Source of the DNA: the human T2T-CHM13v2.0 reference genome, Homo sapiens | Length of the DNA stretch: 64,000 bases | Strand: one strand, 5' to 3' | Assembly: GCF_009914755.1 (NCBI RefSeq) | Contig: NC_060945.1 | Shown: positions 1-14,264 of the stretch, one piece after another | Layout: each line of letters opens with the position of its first letter | Numbering within the stretch: position 1 is the first letter of the stretch | Program-made: the position numbers and the translations under genes | Notes under the pieces: model-generated | The model's database searches: none | What the model was told of the DNA's origin: nothing | What the model saw: the letters and a program-made list of their open reading frames with translations, nothing else

Positions 1-844
1 AAGCCATGACTCTATAGCTCAGGACATGCTGATAGCATAAATGCACACAAATCCACCCATACTTTACTTTGATATCCCTTTCTGGTTGACCCTCAACCTG
101 AGTGCCAGACTCCCTTCAATACCCAAACATACCATATGTATCAGATGAATGAATGAATGAGTAGAGGAGTGCTTATTTTATATTCTGTATATCTTGCATA
201 TAAATCATAGGCACACATATTGTTTGGTGTATTTGAAACATTTAATAGCATAAAATATTTAAATAATCTTTCAGAATCCACCTTGAGAGTTGCGGATAAT
301 AATATATTTTGAACAGAAATTTCAAAATGTGCCTCAGTCTAATATGTATTTGTCCCTGCAAAAAGCTGGGAAGGTAAGAATGGAAGTGGAAAAGGATAAA
401 ACATGTCAATTTAGAGAAGACTTTTCCCTATCTGGCATCCCTTGAAATCAACAGTTAGATAATAGATAAACTACATGGGGAAATTTTGTACCATTTGAGG
501 GTGTAATCTGCCACATTATTTCATGAGAAAGTTTGGTCATGTGGTCTTTGGTCATGTGGTCTTTTTTTTTTCTTTCCTTCTTTGCAGTGACCTACAGGAA
601 GCTCAAAGCTGTGTGTTCAGCTGCTCTGGCTTTCTTCATGGTGGGGCTTAGCATTGATTCCCTCTCCTGATGGCTCCCTATGGCACTCCAAGGCTGAGAC
701 ATATTTGAGGCTGGTATGTTTGGGTATGGAAGGGAGTCTGGCACTCGGGTGGAGGGTAAGCCTGAAAGGGATATTAAAGTAAAGGATGGGTACAGTTATC
801 TGTATTTAGGCTATCAGCATGTCCTGAGCTTTACTGCCATGGCT

Positions 845-983
845 TTTCCCTCCCACTGGACTGTAAGCTCCTTGAAGACAAGGGCCTCATTGCAATTGTT
901 CTTCATCCTGTAGCTGGTCATGCAGGCACAGTGGTGCATGGTGTGTGGTAGATCTATAAATACATATCAAATGAATGAATGAC
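845..983 (+). mobile_element. L2 LINE 3' end
   Basis: gactgtaagctccttgaagacaaggg...aaatgaatgaatga resembles the L2 3' terminus with its (TGAA)n tail. Confidence 0.7.
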
Positions 984-2639
984 ATACCATGGACAGCTCT
1001 CTTCCTATCCTATTGCTAGAGCACATGGGCTCGCAGGCAGGTGAGTGAACACAAACATGTGTGCACCCCACACACACACACACGTACAAACTCACACATC
1101 CATCATTTACATGCAGAAGTTACATTATACTTTCATGCCACCATCTGAGAATTCCAAAGAGAATATCAGGTGAAATACGTTAAATTACTTTTGCACATGC
1201 TACAGGTCATGAGAGTATGAGTTCATGAGAAAGGAGACACTGAAACTGAATTAGCAACAGAGAGCAGAGGTTGTGCTGAAGGGAAAGCAATGTTAATGCC
1301 AGGAAGGAGTCTGGTGTTGTACGTGGGAAATTTGGGATAAACTGCATGGATTTTACAGCCTTCCAGGGAGGCAGAGTGCTGGAGTAGGTTCAGAAAGCAT
1401 TTCTGAAAACCTCTTTCTTCTAGTCACCCTGCCTAATTTCCTCTGACTCTGTCCTCCCCTGGCTGCATTTCCTGTTTCTGGTTAGAACTCTGACCTAAGT
1501 TTCTTTATTTCGGAACTAAGCAGAATTACTTGTTTCAGTGAATACATTTGTGGACCACAGCAATGGGGAGAAAGGAGCCTGAGAAAAGTGTTCCTCCGGC
1601 CCTTGAGGTCAAAGACCTGTAGGAAGTGGTATGGCAATGACCTTCAGTGACAGCAAGCCCGTGATGTGACTTCAGCAAAGTGGGATGGGCCATTTTCACT
1701 CACTGAGCTTGTCAGATGACCTTTTCTTGATTCACCATTACCTGGAGAGTTTATCCAACTGCTGGGACACAGGAGATGTGAAGAAATGGGTATACTGGTT
1801 TGAAGGATAAATTTGCCTTCTAGCTGAACAGAAATCTGAGAGCTGCTGAATCACCTGCAAAATTATATCTTGTTCTGTAGTTTGTTTCCTAAGTTTCCTG
1901 GGATTTGATTAGTCAGGAAAAGACCACACCACTAGCAGGGGAAGTCCAGGAACAAGGGAGCCAATGAGTTCTGTGTCCTACTTAAATGAACCTTGAAGGT
2001 ATCCAGGAGAATCCTTCCTTCTAGCTATGGAAAGATGGGAGATGGGGCAAAGTGATGCCCAGTCATGGCCAAGAAAGATCTGATGTTTCTACAAACAGCT
2101 CTCCCTTTCTTGCATATCTACCTAAACTGGAGACCCTTTTATCTTCTGCCAGCCTGCTTCAAGGCTTTTTTTTTTTTTTTTTTTTTTTTTGTGGAAATAA
2201 GTTAGGTGGGTGGGAAAGGAAGAAATGCAAAGTTGTGTCTGCCTGTGATTAATCTTCTCCAGAACACACCTGGGTCTTAGAATCACAGAGGCTTTGGATC
2301 GGAGGGGGCTGAGCCGAGCAAATTGTTCGGGAGTGGGTAGAAGGATAAGAGGTCAGGTGGGTAGATGGAGAGGGCCTCATGGAGGGACTTCCCCATAAAT
2401 GCAGCTCCTGCATCCACAGTCCTTTCAAATGTGCTGTGCTTCACTAAGATCAAATGCATGGGAACTGGGCAGTTTTCCAACTTGTCCTTAATTGTACTCT
2501 TGCTAGCATGGCTTTATTAGTGGGTTCTAAGTGTTGTGAATGCCAAGAAAATCGGACATCATAGAATAAAGGCTATATTTTACAACCAAATATTAAGCAT
2601 ACCTTTCATGTATTACTGTTTCCCAGTGGACTGCAACAT

Positions 2640-2805
2640 TTTTACATCTATTATTACATTTATCCTCACTACCTCCGTATGAATTATGCAGGGACTTATG
2701 CTCATTTTTCACATAACTAAACTGCAAATCAGAGAGGTTAAGTAATTTGCTCCAGGTCACACAGCTACTAAGTGAAAGAATCAGGACAAGTATTCAGATC
2801 TTCTT
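2640..2805 (-). mobile_element. MIR SINE
   Basis: cagagaggttaagtaatttgctccaggtcacacagcta is the antisense MIR core. Confidence 0.85.
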
Positions 2806-3330
2806 TTTACACTAGCAGTTTGGTTCTGTCCATCCACTACTGATGGAGATTTAACTATGATACGGTTACAAGAAAACAAATAATTTCCTCATTGACAATT
2901 TTTCCTGAAGGGCTCTCTTCCCAATACAATTCCCTTCTCAATACAGTTGACCAGTATTTAAATGAGTCAATATCCCCGAAAGTTGAAAATATCAGAAATT
3001 CTGGATTGTTAAAAAAAAAATACGTCTTCTGGATAATTCTCGGGAAATGCTGTAGAAAGAGATCTGTTTTTGTCATACTCTCTGGGACAGTCGGTTCAAG
3101 TCTCTGCTTTCTTTAGGGCCAGTCCATCCATTAGAGAAGCAAATCAAGTTCTAGAGAGGGTGGTACATTGTCCAAACTTATGAAAGACTCTACTCAAAGG
3201 TGGACATGGAACTGTGACCCAGAAACCGTGAGTCCTGTCACCCCTTCTTGCGAATGTGATGTAGGCTGGGTCCTTTTGGAAGCCAAATGCTTCCAAGAAC
3301 TCGTTGGCTTTATTTATTAAAGAAGTTCTG

Positions 3331-3716
<386 letters not shown>

Positions 3717-3999
3717 CTACAAGCCCAGGAAGTCACATTCGCCCTCCTTTATGTACCCTCCATGAAAATGAGAGCTTGTCTGATTGGACCAGCTCATTGC
3801 CATTTAGGGGAGTCTGAAAGACGAGCACACCTGGGTGGTGATGGCTATGGAAGTTTATGCTTCTAAAATTAAGGATCAGTAAGTAAACGCCCTTTAAATG
3901 CAGTCTATCTGTGCGATGGTTCTGAAGTATTATAAAATTCTGATGCCTCATTTCATGTCAGTCTTGGGAAAATGTTCTCTCGTATATTATTGTTTGGTG

Positions 4000-4575
4000 T
4001 GCAAACAATTAAATATATTGGAAGGCAAAATTAAGCAATTTCCATAAAACCTTAAATATGCCTATCTTTTGAGCCAGGAATTCCTTCTTTAAGAATTTAT
4101 AAGCACAGAGAGGTCCACTCAAGGATGCTTATTTTAGTAGCGTTTATAACAGTCAACAATTAATATTCAAGTAACAACTTGTATGTCAATCAGTGGGCAA
4201 TGGGATGGATAAATTGCTGTCCAGTTACGTAGTAGAATATTTTTTGGTTAATAAAGAAAAAGAGATAGAACTTCTAGTACTACTATGAAGTTGTCTCTAC
4301 CATACGTAAGGCAGAAAGAGCAAATTACAGGATAACTTGTATGTTATATTTTTATTTTGTGGAAAAGAGAAAAACGTGCATACACCTTTAAGACTTCACG
4401 TGCATGGATAATGGACTAGAAGGAGATATATGAAGTTTTGAACACTTGTCAGCTCTTTGGGGAGAGAATGGGAAGAGGACATGTTTGTCTTTTTTCCTCT
4501 TATACGCAGTCTAGTATTTTTCAGTTGTTTTGTATTGCGCAAGTACTACTTTCATCACTTGAAATATCAATACAT
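4000..4575 (+). mobile_element. Ancient L1 (L1ME/L1MC-type) 3' fragment
   Basis: ttttgagccaggaattccttctttaagaatttat and gtcaatcagtgggcaatgggatggataaattg resemble L1M ORF2-end/3'UTR motifs. Confidence 0.65.
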
Positions 4576-4587
4576 ATTTAAGGAAGA

Positions 4588-4790
4588 AATAGCCAACATG
4601 TATGTTGGGCTTGCTGTATGCGACGCAGAATGCTAAATATCTTACATGCATGATCTCACAGGTTACTCACAGTGGCTCTGAGGGGCAGGTGGTAGTATCA
4701 GCCCATCTTACAAAAGAGAAAAGTAAGAATCAGAAAGACTAAATAACTTGCCCCAGGTTACACAGCTAGTGAAGGCAGAATGGTCTCCGG
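4588..4790 (-). mobile_element. MIR SINE
   Basis: cccatcttacaaaagagaaaagtaagaatcagaaagactaaataacttgccccaggttacacagctagt. Confidence 0.8.
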
Positions 4791-5559
4791 AGAAGAGGAC
4801 TCATGCACTTAACCCCTGGCTCTGCTGCTCTTCAAGGCGGTGGCCTGCACCCAGCCATCTATGAGGGGCCATTAAAGATTCTGAGTGTGGGGCCAGCAGA
4901 TGGGATTTGCTCCAGTGAGGAGGGGCTGGAGCTCTTTCTAAGTGACATGGTATTACACTATGCTGAGTGGATTTTGTCCCCAGCTGCTGCTCTGGGGGTG
5001 ATTCTTTGCATGGGCCTGCAATTCAGCGATGAGAAAACTAAGAAAAAGGTTCCCCTGAGTCTCTCTGGACTTTCACTTAGGGGGAAAAGTAATCCGTACA
5101 AAATAATGACTTCCTGACCCCAGTTCCTGGAGAAAGCCGAGAGACAGCTTCTGCTGAACTCAGAAGTGCTGTTTTCCTACGTGAACTGGGGTAAAGGTAC
5201 TGACCAGAGAGAAGCTGCCCTCTGGGCACTGGCATCTCTTCTGGGAACAGGGTTTTGGCCCTTCTGCAAGTGGCCACAGAGATCGGGTTACAGCAGTGCT
5301 GAGCTGGAGTAAAGTCCAGGCCTGGGGTCAAGCAAGGCCTGAGAACTGTTCGGGAACTGACTCACCCCAAAGCCCTCAGCCGAAGAGGCAGGTCCCAGAG
5401 CCCACTCTGCTCACCTCTCAGAGTGAGGGGCTTCGGCAACACCAGTCCTGCCCACTTCAGGGAACAGTGTAAAAACAAGGGAGGCTTGAGAATTCAAAAG
5501 TTCTGGTAAAACTATGTATGGGACCTCTTCCTTAGCCAGGTGCATAACCCTGCTGATCT

Positions 5560-5890
5560 AGACTTTTTAAAAATATCCCAAATTCCCTCTGCCTGGAGTG
5601 CTTTCTTCAATCTAACTATACCTGGGCATTTCTTCCCCATGGGCTAAGATTCAAAACAAGTGTGGCTTCCTCCCTGAAGGTAAATCCACATCCCGGCCTA
5701 GCAGGGGCCCCTCTGCTGGCTCTGAGAGCATTGTGTGTGACCCCCCCAAGTCCTCCTTAAACTCCCCACTTCAAGGATGTTGTTTCTTTTCACATCTCAC
5801 TCTTCCACCCAACCACGAGCTAGAGAAAGACATTGGGACTCCTCCCCGGCACAGGGTGGCACGGTTGATAGCTGTGACCTACCTGAACTG
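5560..5890 (+). mobile_element. Degenerate L2 fragment
   Basis: ttccctctgcctggagtgctttc and downstream L2-like motifs. Confidence 0.5.
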
Positions 5891-6206
5891 TAGACAGCCC
5901 CTCTCCGCCTGAGGAAGAACAGGGGCTAACCACCATGTCTGGGTTTCATGTAGGGTTTGTCTTTCACCGGTGAGGGTAAAGCTTTTGAAAGAGATCCTAG
6001 AGAGAATGAAAGGAGGGGCCTGGGAGTGAGAGGAGAAATAAAAGGCTTATAGGGAGCACCTCCCTATAGTCACAAAGGCCATCCTTCCTGGCAGATTAAT
6101 TAAACAAAAGATAACCATCCAGGAAGACAAACTTAAAAAGGAGAATCCTCTAGGCAGATTAATGACAGAAACCAACGCTTTCACCCTCTGCCCACTTCCT
6201 TTGGAT

Positions 6207-6256
6207 AGGTGCTTTTGTGCAGTACACAAACCGCACAGCCAGATATGGCAGCCCTG
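6207..6256 (-). mobile_element. MER91-type hAT-Tip100 fragment
   Basis: Reverse complement cagggctgccatatctggctgtgcggtttgtgtactgcacaa matches the MER91 terminus as I recall it. Confidence 0.65.
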
Positions 6257-6259
6257 AGA

Positions 6260-6500
6260 ATAACATTAACATATCACGTGCCGAGCTCCTTTTAAGTGCA
6301 GGTGCTAGATCAGGTGTTTTGCATATGCGATTTCATTGAATCTCCATATTGACTCTACGAAACAGGGACTAGTGTCCTCATTTTAAAGACAAACTAAACT
6401 GAGACTTAAAGAGGGCATTTTCTCAAGGGCACCCAGCTAAAAAGCAGAAGTTAGCCTTCGACTCCACTGTGCTGGCTCTGGACGGTCTGCTTCTAACCTA
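6260..6500 (-). mobile_element. MIR SINE
   Basis: ctcattttaaagacaaactaaactgagacttaaagagg...caagggcacccagcta. Confidence 0.7.
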
Positions 6501-6967
6501 CACTCTGCTAGGTCTCAGGAAAGCAAATGCAAACAGATGTCTGCACACATCCTGCAAAAAAACTGATGGCCAAGAGGAAACATATCCCAGGAGAAGGAAT
6601 TAATAGACTTCAGAAAATGGGAGATTTCAGACAAAGGGCAGATGTCTTCTGGAACACTGCACAAAGCAAATTGATGGCAAATGCCAACAGGTGTCTGTTT
6701 TAGGAGAGGGAGCACCTGCCAGTGTGGGGAACGTGGTGGCTGAGGAGAGGGTGACGCAGCAGCACCTGTTCTCTTAATGTGACATGGCCAAAGGCTTCTT
6801 CACAGTTGGCTGAAATTACAAGACAGGAGGATGGGCAGCCCTGGCTTCAGAAAACTGGTCTGTGAAGCGGATAAAGAAGACAGAACAAAGAATTCTGATC
6901 AGGCATAAAACATTTGTCGGAGGAAGAAGTGCTGACGCCCTTAAATTTGCAAAAGAAACAAGAAAGA

Positions 6968-7660
<693 letters not shown>

Positions 7661-7827
7661 GTTTTCTTTGAGAAATTAGGAGATGGTTGTTTAGTGGTGT
7701 GAAGATGATATGTTTACTGTATACATAATACATTATTTTTTTAGAAGCCTGCTAGCAGTACATTGAGTAAGTTATATGAAAGTAATTAGCAAATGCAAAA
7801 CTTGATTTAAATCTAAGGTACATTTGG

Positions 7828-7950
7828 GTTCATGTATTTCAGAAATGTCCATTAAGCACACCCAATGTTCAAGGGCCTCTGGTAGGACCTGGGGCCACCA
7901 AGATGCATTGGACATCAAGCCTGCCTTCAGGAGCCCATGCCACAGTGAGA
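7828..7950 (-). mobile_element. L2 3' end
   Basis: ttcatgtatttcagaaatgtccattaagcac...cctgccttcaggagccca. Confidence 0.6.
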
Positions 7951-8109
7951 AGTAGATAATAGAGTATCAAGAGCAGACAGTGGGTGACATTCCAGCTTTG
8001 GCAGTAGGAGGTGCGTTTTCTGTAGAGAATTTAAAAACAATAACAAAACTGACAAAAAGCCAGTAATTCTAAACAATATCTGTGATAAAATGCTTCTCCA
8101 AAAAAGTTA

Positions 8110-8318
8110 GGGCTTGGCTCAGTGCAGCTGGCTGTCTGTTTCTGTGATAAAGTTTTATTGGAACCAGTCACTCTTATTCATTTACATATTTATTATCTAT
8201 GGCAGCTTTCTTTCATGCTACAACGGCAAAGTTGAGTAGTCGTGACAGAGGCCAGATGGCCACAGAGAATAAACTATTTACTATCTAGTCCTTAACAGAA
8301 AATGTTTGCTGACCTCTG
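8110..8318 (+). mobile_element. MER58A hAT-Charlie MITE
   Basis: ataaagttttattggaac...gttgagtagtcgtgacagag...tatttactatctagtccttaacagaaaatgtttgctgacctctg. Confidence 0.85.
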
Positions 8319-8812
8319 GTCTGAGTTATAAATAACTGCTGCAATTACTGTTGAGTTTCGATAATAATATCTATGTCAACTTCAATTAGCACATCTTTAT
8401 TAGCTGTCCTTTAATAAACATTTGGTTCTACAGGGAAGTTAATTCCAGAACTCCAGTTATATAGTGTTCCCTAAGGACTCAGCTGCATGTATTTGTTTTG
8501 AGAGTCTAAGTTTGTCACTAATTGAGGTCTATTCTTATCTCCAACCCATATAACATTCTTGGATTTAAAGGGCGGATTCAAAATAGTTGATGATAACACT
8601 CTGATTATAAAGTCCAAAAAATCGAGCTTGAATTACATATTTTTTTGTTCTATGTGTCCCTTTGGATTTTTAATGTTTAAAAGTTAAAACAATGAAACTG
8701 AAAACTTAAAATAATGAAACCGAGTGTAAACTACAAGGCGTGATAATTTTGCTTGGTAGGCGCAAATATTAGTTCCCACATGGTGTAGGTACAGAATTTA
8801 AGTGGTATTTTA

Positions 8813-9232
<420 letters not shown>

Positions 9233-9934
9233 TTAAAGAATGACTGCATGAGGAATAAGGGCCAAGTGTCATGAGAAATGTGCCATGACAGAGTGTCACA
9301 GAGGTTTCAGAGGAGGACAGTCCTTCCACATGGAGGAAGTCAGTCAGTGTGCTTCCTGTTGGGAGGAAATGCTCCTGAGAACTGCCGTGATGCCCATGAG
9401 GATGCGAGTGTGTGTGTATGCTTGTGCACCAGCCAGGATGAACGTGCACAAAGAGCAACCTCCCTTCTCCCCATGCGAAACATATGGAGAACTTGGTGTG
9501 GGTTCTTCAACTCCAAGCCTGTGCATGAGACTCCAGATAATTGTCGGGATTGCACCAGGGGGAAGGGAGGGGGAAAATCAGAAGGAAAGGCTTTCCAATC
9601 TCCCCTGATCATTTGCTTTCAATCCAGAGAGATATATTAATGGTATGAGGATAGCGGCCTTCTCAGTCTAGACTCTGCCACAAGAGAACATGCCTCCAGG
9701 TCAATCAAGAAGGGGCCCTGTGCAGACAAGTCAGGCTCTGCACTGGAAGGTCAGAGGCAGGTGTGGTTGCCTTTAGGACCTGCAAATCTTGCAAGAGACC
9801 TCTGACTTGGTCCCTGATGTTCCACCCACATGCTGTCAGAGAGATGAAGGCAGCATGATGAAAGGACGCAGACTTGGTTCTATGTGGGATAAAGCCATGT
9901 CTCAAAGCCTGGCCCATGGTGTGTGTAATCAGGG

Positions 9935-10068
9935 CCCTGCTTCAAAAAGCAGATGATGGGCCCCACCCTAGATACATTGAATGAGATGCTCCAGAGAATG
10001 AGGCCTAGCGGTGTGCATATTTAACAAGCTCTCTGGGTGATTCTTGTTCACCAGGAAGTTTAAGGACT
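9935..10068. mobile_element. MER5A-like hAT-Charlie MITE
   Basis: gcagatgatgggccccaccctaga...tttaacaagctctctgggtgattct...agtttaaggactg. Confidence 0.75.
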
Positions 10069-10384
10069 GAGAAGAAGGCTATAGACAGCCAGCCAGCTCC
10101 ATCTGCAGCTCTGCTGTCCAGGTGTGACCTGTATTCATCTCAGTGCCAAATGAGTCATCACAGTCTGCAAGTTTTGTGCTGAAGTTGCTAAGAAATACCG
10201 AATTTAAGAAATATACAAATATAAGATATTCTATACATAGTAAAATATATAAGAAATTAGATATATAAGAATAGCTCCATTTTGAAGACTCTACTAAGTA
10301 CTTACTTAATATAGTAACTGATGAATCTGTATTGTGAGACAGATTCTACCTCCTTCTCTCTCATTGTACAAGTATCACACTTGT

Positions 10385-10510
10385 AGCCCATTTTACAAGT
10401 GAGAAAACCCAGGCACAGGGTTAAGCATTTGCTCAAGACGTTAATAGCTATTGGATTTAAATGTGGAGGCAGGATTCAAACATGGGCCAGCTGACTCTGG
10501 GGCCATCACC
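10385..10510 (-). mobile_element. MIR SINE
   Basis: cccattttacaagtgagaaaacccaggcacagggttaagcatttgctcaag...ggattcaaac. Confidence 0.8.
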
Positions 10511-11241
10511 TTTAAGTACGAGGCACTGTTGTCTCCCGACAAGTTAAGAGAAACTGAACTGTTCTGAATGCAACCTTGAGCCTGGAAAATATGCTTGGGC
10601 ACATGATATAGCATTGTTGACAAATCTCAGGACCACTATGGGAAAGCAAGGGTCCTAGGCTAGACCGTGTTGTTTGAGGTTTATCACATTGCTTTTGCAT
10701 CTCTAGACTTCCATTTGCAAAGCTGTATAACAATAGTCTCTGTGGCATTTTCTACCTTTTGAAATCTCTGTCCCAATTGAAGAGCAAATTAAAAATGGGG
10801 CACCAACAATATAGGTTAAGTCAGGTATGAATTCAGCAAAAGGTTCCCACAGTTCCCAAAGAGAAATGCTACATTCACCTGAGAACTTCATAAAAATATA
10901 GATTTCTGGATGCAATCTCTCAGGGAACTTCATTCAGGGCACCAAAACGTCTCTTAGGAATTTTGTCACTTTTGGATGATCCCGGGGTTGAGAACAATAA
11001 CCTGCAACAGTATTAGGATTTGAAAACCTTGCATCCTTGTTTTGATTTTTAAGGTCAAGTCCTCACAAGCTTTTCAGTGAGAAAATTGTCCTTTTTTTCC
11101 TCTTTCTCTGTTCTTACCTCCCCCCTTCCTTCTCTCCTTCCCTTTTCCACTCTTTCCTCAAACATATATTGAACACATAGCAGGTGCTAGGTCTTATGCT
11201 AAGTTTGGAAAATACACCTCCTGCATGAATGGAATGTATAT

Positions 11242-11290
11242 TGTGTGTGTGTGTGTATGTGTGTGTGTGTGTGTGTGTATTTATGTGTGT
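11242..11290. repeat. (TG)n microsatellite, imperfect
   Basis: Read directly. Confidence 0.95.
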
Positions 11291-14264
11291 ACATGCACAC
11301 AAGAGCATACACCCTGAGAAAGCAAGGAGGCTCACAGAGCTATGTGTGCTGCCTTTTCTTAGCAACTTTAACTCTAAAGAGTCCTGGAAAACCCAGACTA
11401 TTGACTAGATTGGAGAACGATGATAAGCTCCTTCTTCAACTACTCTTGCCGGGCACCCTCATGACTGCCGTTGGCTTCTCGGCCCACGAGTCTAATCACT
11501 TGTGTTCATTCCTGGCTTGTGAGTCACAGAGGAGTCATCCCTGACCCTGACCCATAAGAAGAATGGTCATTTATTTACCCTTTGAAACGTGACCAGGTGG
11601 CTCATTAATTTTGCAGCATTAATTCTAAGGGGAAATGAGATTCCAACCAGCGTCATTAATCTTGTAAAAATACAGCCACGAGAAGAGAGCATCGATAATC
11701 AGAATGTAATTTTCTGAGTTAGGAAGTGGTCAGGACATTGGTGTCAGGGATCCGGCACATCTAAGGTTTTCATGGCATTCTCGCCAATGGCCCAACCAGG
11801 TCAAGGCAATGGTTTTAAGCCTGGAAGAAAAAGACCACTTCAAAGGTTGTTGATTCCTAAGATAGAGCTTAGACCCTTCTCTGGCAATAATAAGAATGAC
11901 ATCTATTGAATCATTAATATCTGGTTGTTAATCATTCTAACTAAATACTTTTTTTAACCAATACAGGTCTATTTAAGATATTGGTTTATAAAGTATTGCT
12001 GCTCAGAGTGGCTCAGTGATGGTCAGTGAGTGACCTATTTATTCACATTAATACACTTTGTTTAACTGTCAATCTTTCCATAGCCTGTAATCTCTTAAAA
12101 ATGATGATGATGATTTTCATTAAAGGAAGCTAAGTCTTTTTCAATAATTCCATCTACAAGCAAAACCTCTCCTAATTAGTTTATATCCTGTAAATTCAAT
12201 CCCTTATTGCTTTTGTCTTCCACTGAAACTAAAGTATTATTTAACCAGATTTATTTTTTTGTCCAATTTATTTATCCTTTCTTATTTTCAATCATTCAGT
12301 TGCAGCCTTTTTCAAAATACATTCCTATTATCTAAAGCTTTGGAGGAAAATTTGCTGCTGAGAATACATACAAATATCTGACTTCGGTGTCACCTACCTT
12401 TTATAAGTAAAACAAGCAAACAAAAAACAAAGTAATGTGGATATATACCCTATCATTTTATAGGCCCAATTTAATCATTTTTATTGATAATATAGGATGT
12501 GGAAAAGGTCTTCAGTAGATTATGTTATACCTGCTCCTAATTATTCAAGACATGTAACTAGTTATATCATCTACCACCATGGAAAGAACGAAAACCAGCT
12601 AAAGAGGGCATAAAATTAATGTATGACTTCCATGTCACAAAAAGAAGAAATGACATTGGTGGCCAGAACGCAATGCTGATGAATGAAACTTTGGTTTTGT
12701 TTCATAATTGCCTGCATTGACATGAGGGACTGTGCATTTAGCCCTAATAATCAGATAAGAATCAAGAGGCCACTCACACGCAAAGTGACTTCAACAGATC
12801 TTTATTAAAAATCTTTTCTCAACTGCTTGGCTGTATTTCTTAACACAGAGAAAAGTTTCTTCTAAAAATACCTCCTTCTTCTTGCTGCAAATCAATTGCT
12901 ATTATTTTCTGTCACCAACTGGCTAATACATAGATTGTCTCTATTAAATCCATAGGACATTAAACTTATAATATGGCTTATGACATGCGAGAGATTGTGT
13001 GTCTCCACAGATTGTAGGCTTCTTCTGAAAAATTTATCCAGAACAATTCTAAGGAAAAGGTACATTTCCAACGTTTTTGTGTACTGTGGTGGGAATAACA
13101 GCAACACATCTATCCATTCTTCAGAAGGTTCTAGATAGAAAAGTCTTCACATCTTTGTTTATGGATGTCTCAACATTTCCCCCGATACCTTCCTGTGTCC
13201 ATTAATACATACTGATAGGCAAGACAAAAATAAATCAGTGCTATTTATTTTTCACAGGAAATCTCATTTCCACTAGGCATCTCAACGTGTTTTGACTTTT
13301 CTCCTTTGGTTAGAGTGTCTTCAGAACATATGAAAACTGTCAAATATTAATGCCAGTTATATAATTAATCTCACCATCAGCAAATTTTTGTAAAACTTTA
13401 AAATAGTTTTTTTTATATTTGCTGGAATCACTGAAACAGAATAAGTACTAAATATTGGCAAATTACTCTCCCATGAGGCTTTTAGGGTAAGATGCTCAGT
13501 TTGTTATATTGGTGAGAAGTATCTTGATGAATGTGTCATTTAACTCGTGTGTCAATGGCAAATTAATTTTGTTATAGAAGAAGAATCGACTTATTTTTAA
13601 TTTAAAACATGAGAAATGCCAGCAGTCGAAGCGACTGTTGGTTTAACCACATCTTTTCTAAATTGGCAACACAAGGCAATGGTCTAAATATAAGTACTGC
13701 AATTGTGGTTTTGGTTTCAGAACCATTGCACAGTTGTTAGTTACCATAGTTGAGCAGAGGAAAAAAACTGCTCAGGGTAGGGAAAGGAATTTGCAGACTG
13801 CCACGGCAGGTTAATTTAGACTAATTTGGACCCCAATCATGAGAGTAACACATGTCCTCTGGAATTATTTTGCCAAGCTTGTGCTGGGTAGGTTAACAAG
13901 AAAAGAGTTCACTGGTTTTTAAAATAAAAAGAACAGAGAGATGGGCAAAGGTACTTAAAAAAATCTGATGCACAAACCATGTTTTCTAATTTAAAATACC
14001 TTAGTTGGAAGCCAAATCTTGAAATCTAGCTTTTGGATTTCAATGTCTTTCAATATGCCAATGGAAGCTGGGTATAACGATTACTACACAGATTTGAAAT
14101 TAAGATTTGTGTTTTGTTTCCCACCATAATTATACCATCATGACATATTATCTCCTCCCGCTTTATTTTTTATTTTACAGCCACCAAGTGGGCTCTGTAT
14201 TTCCAAGGCGGTTCTGTAGACCAAGGTGGCAATCACAGTGTTGTTCACATTTATTTGTTCAAGC

